From positions 1 to 38,971 of the forward strand of contig JAQGDQ010001474.1 of assembly GCA_030141605.1 (NCBI GenBank): a stretch of DNA of 38,971 nt. The letters are read 5' to 3'. The notes beneath the pieces are model-generated. The model saw nothing but the letters and a program-made list of their open reading frames with translations, did not search any database and was not told the DNA's origin. Positions 1 to 38,971 of the stretch are shown here, piece by piece. A program made the translations under genes and the position numbers. Each line of letters starts with the position of its first letter. Positions within the stretch are counted from its first letter, which is position 1. This DNA is from Tubiluchus corallicola. Its lineage: Eukaryota > Animalia > Priapulida.

Positions 1-707
1 TTTGTTGATTTATTATTATTACTTAGTATCATTTGTTGATTTATTATTATTACTTAGTATCATTTGTTGATTTATCATTATTACTTAGTATCATTTGTTG
101 ATTTATCATTATTACTTAGTATCATTTGTTGATTTATTATTATTACTTAGTATCATTTGTTGATTTATTATTATTACTTAGTATCATTTGTTGATTTATC
201 ATTATTACTTAGTATCATTTGTTGATTTATCATTATTACTTAGTATCATTTGTTGATTTATTATTATTACTTAGTATCATTTGTTGATTTATTATTATTA
301 CTTAGTATCATTTGTTGATTTATCATTATTACTTAGTATCATTTGTTGATTTATCATTAATACTTAGTATCATTTGTTGATTTATTATTATTACTTAGTA
401 TCATTTGTTGATTTATTATTATTACTTAGTATCATTTGTTGATTTATCATTAATACTTAGTATCATTTGTTGATTTATCATTAATACTTAGTATCATTTG
501 TTGATTTATCATTAATACTTAGTATCATTTGTTGATTTATCATTGATACTTAGTATCATATGTTGATTTATCATTGATACTTATTATCATATGTTGATTT
601 ATCATTGATACTTAGTATCATTTGTTGATTTATCATTGATACTTAGTATCATATGTTGATTTATCATTGATACTTAGTATCATTTGTTGATTTATCATTG
701 ATACTTA
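1..707. repeat. 31-bp minisatellite, about 23 copies, truncated by window start
   Basis: unit tttgttgatttat(t/c)attattacttagtatca. Confidence 0.95.
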
Positions 708-795
708 GCCATGTATTTTTGTAAATTAAAAATGTAAAAAATAAACAAGTTTTAAAAGTTGGAGATCACTGCGCCTTTGATAAGAACGGCTAACC

Positions 796-1277
796 CAGGG
801 GTTTGCAAATTATCTGACTAGCCGGGCCACATTAAACTTTCCCGCAATTCCTGCGGGCCACAGGCAGTTTGATCAAGGACCCAAGTACAGAAAGGCTTAA
901 TAACGATTTTTTTGCATCCGACCTGCGTACATCATTATTACTGCACTCAAGAAACTATTTTAGAAGTTCTTAAAATTTATATTACAAACCATATATTTCT
1001 ACTTTCAGGACAGATAGTGGTAATTTCATTACAGTGCATATTAGTAATGTGTATCACACAGTCTGTGTAGTACAGTGACATTAAGCTACAACCGTCTTGT
1101 AAGGGTTAATGGCATCCGATCTAGTAGAAAAAACTTCCCGCACAATCTTTGGGATGGTGGCACGGACTTCAGCTGGATACACTCAGTTAATCGCCCGGGC
1201 CGCACTTTCATTAGGTTGATAAATCTCTTCGTGGGCCGCACAAATTCTCTCGGCGGGCCACAATTCGCACATCTCTG
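796..1277. mobile_element. Probable non-autonomous hAT-like DNA transposon (MITE), about 480 bp
   Basis: Imperfect TIRs CAGGGGTTTGCAAAT / ATTCGCACATCTCTG, subterminal gggcc(a/g)ca motifs at both ends, flanks ggctaacc / gactaagt (5 of 8 match, possible decayed TSD). Confidence 0.5.
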
Positions 1278-1416
1278 GACTAAGTGTTCGATTGAACGAA
1301 TAACACAAAAACGAACGATGGAATGAGGAAAGAAATGAACAAATTCATAAACGAATAACGAATAGAAAATGCATTAAAAAGAAGTTAAATTTAAACGAGA
1401 CGTGAAGGTAGCGAAA

Positions 1417-2865
1417 TGATAAGAATTGTGAATTTATTTATCAGTGTTCACACGTTCGAGCAGTGATAAGAATTGTGAATTTATTTATCAGTGTTCATAC
1501 GTTCGAGCAATGATAAGAATTGTGAATTAATTTATCAGTGTTCACACGTTCGAGCAATGATAAGAATTGTGAATTTATTTATCAGTGTTCACACGTTCGA
1601 GCAATGATAAGAATTGTGAATTTATTTATCAGTGTTCACACGTTCGAGCAATGATAAGAATTGTGAATTAATTTATCAGTGTTCACACGTTCGAGCAATG
1701 ATAAGAATTGTGAATTAATTTATCAGTGTTCACACGTTCGAGCAGTGATAAGAATTGTGAATTAATTTATCAGTGTTCACACGTTCGAGCAATGATAAGA
1801 ATTGTGAATTTATTTATCAGTGTTCACACGTTAGAGCAATGATAAGAATTGTGAATTTATCTATCAGTGTTCACACGTTCGAGCAATGATAAGAATTGTG
1901 AATTTATCTATCAGTGTTCACACATTCGAGCAATGATAAGAATTGTGAATTTATTTATCAGTGTTCACACGTTCGAGCAATGATAAGAATTGTGAATTAA
2001 TTTATCAGTGTTCACACATTCGAGCAATGATAAGAATTGTGAATTTATTTATCAGTGTTCACACGTTCGAGCAATGATAAGAATTGTGAATTTATTTATC
2101 AGTGTTCACACGTTCGAGCAATGATAAGAATTGTGAATTTATTTATCAGTGTTCACACGTTCGAGCAATGATAAGAATTGTGAATTTAGTTATCAGTGTT
2201 CACACGTTCGAGCAGTGATAAGAATTGTGAATTAATTTATCAGTGTTCACACGTTCGAGCAATGATAAGAATTGTGAATTTATTTATCAGTGTTCACACG
2301 TTAGAGCAATGATAAGAATTGTGAATTTATTTATCAGTGTTCACACATTCGAGCAATGATAAGAATTGTGAATTAATTTGTCAGTGTTCGCACGTTCGAG
2401 CAATGATAAGAATTGTGAATTTATTTATCAGTGTTCACACGTTCGAGCAATGATAAGAATTGTGAATTTATTTATCAGTGTTCACACGTAAGTGCAATGA
2501 TAGGAATTGTGAATCAATTTATCAGTGTTCACACGTTCGAGCAATGATAAGAATTGTGAATTTATTTATCAGTGTTCACACGTTCGAGCAATGATAAGAA
2601 TTGTGAATTTAGTTATCAGTGTTCACACGTTCGAGCAATGATAAGAATTGTGAATTTATCTATCAGTGTTCACACGTTCGAGCAATGATAAGAATTGTGA
2701 ATTTAGTTATCAGTGTTCACACGTTCGAGCAATGATAAGAATTGTGAATTTATCTATCAGTGTTCACACGTTCGAGCAATGATAAGAATTGTGAATTTAT
2801 TTATCAGTGTTCACACGTTCGAGCAATGATAAGAATTGTGAATTTATTTATCAGTGTTCATACGT
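1417..2865. repeat. 47-bp minisatellite, about 31 copies
   Basis: unit tgataagaattgtgaatttatttatcagtgttcacacgttcgagcaa, contiguous, no spacers. Confidence 0.95.
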
Positions 2866-2899
2866 ACGTGTACCAATGTAACGATTACACTAGGAAGGC

Positions 2900-3156
2900 A
2901 GGATTACTCTCTTATACCTGACGGTTAGTAATGCGACATTAAAAATGGTACCTGCTGTTGCCCTGCCTGGGGATCTGTATTTAGGGTAAAAGTGGGGTAT
3001 TAATAGTCTCTGTTATGCAGTTGTAGGTTGTTATTTACAGTCGGCGATAAATAGCTCTTTGAGCTAATGTTAATTGTTAAGCAAATAGATATTCTCTATT
3101 GTGAACTAACCATGTTTAAGCAACTAAACATTCTATTGCTGTTACTAATGTTTTTG

Positions 3157-3219
<63 letters not shown>

Positions 3220-3254
3220 TACTATTACTATTGCTATTACTATTACTATTACTA

Positions 3255-3337
<83 letters not shown>
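2900..3337 (+). mobile_element. Possible SINE remnant ending in (TTA)n tail (3160-3337)
   Basis: taaaaatggtacctgctgttgccctgcctgg resembles, from memory, a conserved invertebrate SINE central domain; the microsatellite is certain, the SINE call is not. Confidence 0.3.
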
Positions 3338-3360
3338 AGGCAAGGAAACCATTAGACAGT

Positions 3361-3531
3361 GATATATATGAATGAGCAACTAATCCTTGCAAAAATAGTG
3401 CTACATGAGTTAAAGCTGTGAATTATTACACATGAAACTGTAGAGAGCTTTACAATGTAACACACTGTGAGTCTGATACAGATGAATGTGTAAGTAATCC
3501 TTGCAACAATTGTGTTACATCTGAGAATAAG
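3361..3531 (+). pseudogene. Degenerate calcium-binding EGF-like repeat fragment (Notch/fibropellin type), about 1.5 repeats
   Basis: Translates DIYE*ATNPCKNSAT*VKAVNYYT*NCRELYNVTHCESDTDECVSNPCNNCVTSENK with 38-codon period; three in-frame TGA. Confidence 0.7.
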
Positions 3532-3965
3532 AGGATACAAGAGAATAAACTCCAGCGGCCAGCTCTGCCTTATGTATCAGTGCAAATCAACCATCTAGAA
3601 AGTACTACGTGCATCCCGTATAGAAAGTTCTCGAATCTTCTACAAGGTAAGATTGTTCTACTATACTATAGTGTTTTCTGGTTTTCTCTACGAGCCTTCC
3701 GAGAGAAACGAAACACAAAAAATTTCGGCGCAGTCGACAGCATCCATGGTTACTAAGTGGACAGTTGTTTATCAATGATGGCAGATGGGCGAAATTATCA
3801 AGTTTCTCACGCAGCAGCATCAGGAGCAAATAGATGTCCACAACAACCACATGTTCACATGATCATGCTGTCTTCAGGTCTATTACTTTCTCTGACGCTA
3901 CAAAGAGTGAGCCTAGCAAAGAAAACCCATGGATGCTTCGTTGTGACTCGTGCAAGCGGCAGAAA

Positions 3966-19494
<15,529 letters not shown>

Positions 19495-20149
19495 GACGTC
19501 ACTTTAAACGCGCTCGGATTAAAAATTGTGTTCTCTAAAATTCTTTGTCGATTTCACTGCTATTTTCCACTCGTTTGTGTCTGACACATAAACTGGTCAC
19601 CTGTAGAAATAATATTTCCCAATTTTTTCAGCTACATTTGGTCCAAAAATGAACCGTTTTGGAGGTGAACAAGAAGGTGCGCGCGCAGCCGATGAACAAA
19701 ACGTTCATCGAAATCTAGCGATCTTTTTCCAAATTTCTGGAAGTAAGGAGTGCGAATCTATTTCTACCATTCGTGGTTCAAATGTTAATGCAGACTTGGA
19801 TTTTCTAACGCTAAGGTATGTCGTGTGTACACATACGTAATCAGTTAATTCAACAAAGAAGAAGAAGAATACAATGGGTGATAAAAACACGTTGAAATGT
19901 TTGGCCTTTCCGCCGTGTTTGAATAAATGTTCTCAACTCGGTTCATTCGACCTTGTAAGTTGTAATCAGCTATTAAACATCATTATAGACAGCAGCTGAC
20001 GGTATGTTATGGGAGGAAAGATTGAACCAACTAATTTTAATGGCTATTTGAATCATATTTAAAACTTTATTGTTAGATTTACCACGAGGAAACGAGTGTA
20101 CGATGTTAATTTACCCATACAACATTAATGCATTACTTTTATTGAAGCT

Positions 20150-20430
20150 ACTGGTATGTCTCTGGACACTGGTATGCCTCTGGACATTGGTATGCCTCTG
20201 GACAATGGGATGCCTCTGGACACTGGTATGCCTCTGGACATTGGTATGCCTCTGGACAATGGGATGCCTCTGGACATTGGTATGCCTCTGGACACTGGTA
20301 TGCCTCTGGACATTGGTATGCCTCTGGACAATGGTATGCTACTGGACACTGGTATGCCTCTGGACACTGGTATGCCTCTGGACACTGGTAAGCCTCTGGA
20401 CACTGGTATGCCTCTGGACAATGGTATGCC
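20150..20430. repeat. 18-bp minisatellite, about 15 copies
   Basis: unit ctggtatgcctctggaca. Confidence 0.93.
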
Positions 20431-20841
20431 TTAATTGTTATGAAATTAGCGCCCTAATTGTTACGAAAGTGCCTTAATTGCTATAAAATTAGTGCTTTAA
20501 TTGCTATAAAATTAGTGCCCTAATTGTTATGAAATTAGTGCCCTAACTGTTATGAAATTAGTGCCCTAATTGTTATGAAATTAGTGCCCTAATTGTTATG
20601 AAATTAGTGCCTTAATTGCTATAAAATTAGTGCTTTAATTGCTATGAAATTAGTGACTTAATTGTTATGAAATTAGTGCCCTAATTGTTATGAAATTAGT
20701 GCCCTAATTGTTATGAGATTAGTGCCTTAATTGCTATAAATTTAGTGCTTTAATTGCTATAAAATTAGTGCCTTAATTGCTATAAAATTAGTGCCTTAAT
20801 TGCTATAAAATTAGTGCTTTAATTGCTATAAAATTAGTGCC
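20428..20841. repeat. 23-bp minisatellite, about 18 copies
   Basis: unit cttaattg(c/t)tat(a/g)aaattagtgc, abutting the 18-bp array. Confidence 0.93.
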
Positions 20842-21091
20842 ACTCATGAAATCAGTTATGGATAAAATCAGTAATCTTTTGCGTCTCACATATGCACGAT
20901 TAAATATTGACAATAATATGGATTCAATACTATTGAGGAAATTTTTATTTCAATTTCACCGTACACATTACAATAATATTGTACACTTGTCAACAAACCC
21001 AGATCCAGGTTTAGTTGGTCCTGCAGTTATGAATAATCAAGGTCAATTTATGCAGGCACTTCAAAGAATTCATTATTAAAACAATACGAAT

Positions 21092-21097
21092 TTTATT
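21092..21097 (-). terminator. Candidate polyadenylation signal AATAAA for the Rab gene
   Basis: tttatt on + strand about 510 nt past the stop codon; AT-rich context makes it non-unique. Confidence 0.35.
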
Positions 21098-21126
21098 AAA
21101 AATTTACAACTGTTTAAAAAACGTGT

Positions 21127-21165
21127 CCAAACGTTTCGACAGCAATCAGCTGTCATCATCAGTGG
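21127..21165 (-). ncRNA. Minimal type I hammerhead ribozyme motif (Penelope-like/retrozyme type)
   Basis: Minus strand reads CCA-CTGATGA-T-GACAGC-TGATT-GCTGTC-GAAA-CGTT-TGG: both core boxes, perfect 6-bp stem II, palindromic AACGTT stem III, CCA/TGG stem I. Confidence 0.7.
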
Positions 21166-21537
21166 TACAATATACCAACAACAACCAGTTTATATAGGCA
21201 GAGACTACCGTATAGAAAATTATGCACTTATTATTTGTATATAAAGAAGCCAAACTAATGAATAAACAGACCAGTAGAAAAGTAATAGATACAGTAACAG
21301 GTAGCTGAGTATTTGAAAATAAAGGTAATTAAATTGAAGTACTTTCATCATCAGTGGTACACTATACAAACAACAACCAGTTTATATAGGCAAAGACTAC
21401 AGTATAGAAAATTTTGCACTAATTATGTATTTATAAAGAAGCCAAAGTAATGAATATACAGACCAGTAGAAAAGAAATTGATACACTAACAGATAGGTAA
21501 GTGTTTGAAAATAAAGGTAATTGAATTGAAGTACTTT
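21153..21537. repeat. Two diverged tandem copies of a ~192-bp unit, each starting tcatcatcagtggtaca
   Basis: 21153-21344 aligns by eye to 21345-21537; unit boundary lies inside the hammerhead motif. Confidence 0.8.
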
Positions 21538-21609
21538 ATACGTGATTTTTTCAGGTTTTTTCTTCTGAATTCTACACGTCGTCGTCATTGTCATCATCAC
21601 CGTCATCAT

Positions 21610-36828
<15,219 letters not shown>

Positions 36829-36875
36829 CTGAAACATAATTAAAATTTGCAGTTAATCAATTAAAGTATAATTAA

Positions 36876-37231
36876 ATCAGAACATAGCTTGCCTGCCTCT
36901 ATCGTAGATTTAGATGTGGATTTAGAACATAGCTTGCCTGCCTCTATCGTAGATTTATATGTGGATTTAGAACATAGCTTGCATGCTTGTATCATAGATT
37001 TATATGTGGATTCAGAACATAGCTTGCATGCCTCTATCGTAGATTTGTATGTGGATTCAGAACATAGCTTGCATGCTTGTATCAAAGATTTTTATGTGGA
37101 TTCAGAACATAGCTTGCATGCCTCTATCGTAGGTTTATATGTGGATTCAGAACATAGCTTGCATGCCTCTATCGTAGATTTATATGTGGATTCAGAACAT
37201 AGCTTTCGTGCCCCTATCGTAGATTTATATG
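36876..37231. repeat. 45-bp minisatellite, about 8 copies
   Basis: unit agaacatagcttgcatgcctctatcgtagatttatatgtggattc; abuts the inverted duplication. Confidence 0.93.
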
Positions 37232-38971
37232 AAGAGCAAAAGTTCCTCTGAGATATATCCAGAAACTCTAAACATCCTCACTCCTGGTCCAGAATCTCTT
37301 TTGGCAAGAAGGCAACGTGCGGGGGAGGTTGATAATTTGAGTATTGACCGACCTGAGATGACCCCTGCGAAATCTGTTGACAGCCTTCTCCGGGAAAGGC
37401 GGCTACTAAGACAGACTTTAGATTTCAGGTAGGAACTAAATTTGTGAACCAGATATGTGGTCTGTTACTTTAGCAGAAAGGATATTTCCTGCAAGTGAGA
37501 AGTATGATGATAAAGAAAATGACAGCAGGTGATTGCAAATAGTGCAATTATAGTGCAATTGTTGTGCCTGGTTAAATTGCTGGCCATTGAGAAATTTTAG
37601 TTTTTACACAACATTCGTTAATTTTCTTACAATGAGTACTTGCAGGTAATACCAACTAATGCCTCTCTTAAGAGGGGGTCTTAAGCTTTGTCATGATCAC
37701 ATTTTGTCAAGACCCAAATCGTGTCAACACTTTGGGTCTTGTGCATTTTCGGTAAATTTATTAACTCTTTTGCTCAGCAAATGAGGCGATTTTCATGGCT
37801 ACGAGCAGATTTTTCTCAAGTTCTTTAAATAGCTAACAGACTTTTTGTAAAATTTCCGGCAGCAGCAAACGGCAGTTTAGCTGAAACAATGGGTTGCCAT
37901 GGTGATTGTGACACGCAGCTGCTATGTTCATTGTCCTGCTGTAGCTTCTAAGATCTCACTGTCAAAATGGGCATTGCTAAAGTTGGCGTTGCTATGGTAA
38001 CTGAGCAATGTTGGTCTGCCATCAAGGAGCGAGTTAATTAAGCAATTCTAGTCTATAATTGTACTACTTGCAGTCGTACTTGACTGCCATCTAGGGGCGA
38101 GTTAAACAAGCAATGCAAGTCTGTAATTGTACTACTTGCAGTCGTACTTGACTGCCATCTAGGGGCGAGTTAAACAAGCAATGCAAGTCTGTAATTGTAC
38201 TACTTGCAGTCGTACTTGACTGCCATCTAGGTGCGAGTTAAACAAGCAATGCAAGTCTGTAATTGTACTACTTGCAGCCGTAAGAAAACGAAAGCATTGT
38301 TAATTTTTTGAAGATTTAATAATAAACGTTGTACATTGTTTTGCAATCAGCAAATCAGTAAGAACTGTTCAAACTGCTTTGAAAGTTGAATTTACGGCTT
38401 TTACATCTCGAAGTATCAAAATTGTAATGCTTATGTATGTAAACGCATTTAGTCTAGTAACTAATTACATAAAATGTGAATATTTTGTATCATAAACAAT
38501 ACTTGACTATTAGTGATCTTTTTTGCATTTTCTAGGAAAAAGTCGAACACAAGTTCAGCGTATAATTCGCAAGATTCTATTAGTGTAAGTTCATATGATT
38601 TTTTGTAGTGTAATATCTTTCACTTATTTTCTCATTAAAATTATCAAAATTGTTGCTTTTTTCTTATTACTACGTATAAACTGGATGTCAAAGTTGATCG
38701 TGTTGTAGCTAGTTCACATGCACATAGTATCTCATTGTTCTGTACATTACAACTTCTGTTCACACATGCATAACTACGCTGTCTCTGTTCTCAAGTGTTG
38801 AAGATAAATTCGTCATCATTTTACCTCATCCAGTTGTCAGCTGATACATGATTCCACTCAAAAAATCATTCAGAAAAACCAGAATTAGAACAGCAAGTCA
38901 CCATCATCTTCATCATCATCATTGTTATCGTTATAACCATCATCATCGTCATCACCTTCACCACTGTCATC
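37229..38971 (+). other. Inverted near-identical duplicate of 28705-30449 (runs off window end), including partial exon 37229-37428 and exon copy 38536-38584
   Basis: Reverse complement matches throughout; I counted about 8 substitutions and one 2-bp indel; ORF 37229-37432 duplicates the C-terminus of the 701-aa ORF with P->L and S->T. Confidence 0.95.

Noticed and set aside
1417-2865. CRISPR-like appearance of the 47-bp array (also the 31-, 50- and 53-bp arrays)
   Set aside because: Units are contiguous with no unique spacers, no cas genes, and the context is eukaryotic.
3775-3830. ATGA...AAA...GA pattern as a SECIS for the EGF fragment
   Set aside because: I could not form the required helix II by eye.

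Overview
AT-rich, repeat-dense genomic DNA of a eukaryote, probably an invertebrate animal (spliceosomal GT-AG introns, micro/minisatellites, LINE and SINE relics, one N gap at 8886-9459). There are two intron-containing genes in tandem on the minus strand. (1) A complete 10-coding-exon SLC7/LAT-family light-chain amino-acid transporter most like b(0,+)AT/SLC7A9 (CDS 19494->3966, 507 aa by my exon assembly, all phases compatible). (2) The 3' ten coding exons of a large Rab GTPase of the CRACR2A(Rab46)/Rab44/RASEF type (36828->21610: coiled coil, a 2.1-kb repeat-containing exon, full G1-G5 Rab domain, CCKD end); its 5' part is outside the window. Most long ORFs in the supplied track are simple-repeat artefacts. 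Most notable observations: a 53-bp minisatellite made of the SLC7 3' splice site plus 30 nt of exon (about 26 tandem decoy acceptors); an EGF-like repeat with TGA at three cysteine positions; a Penelope-type minimal hammerhead ribozyme in the probable 3' UTR of the Rab gene; and a near-identical inverted duplication of at least 1.74 kb of the Rab gene placed upstream of its own exons.
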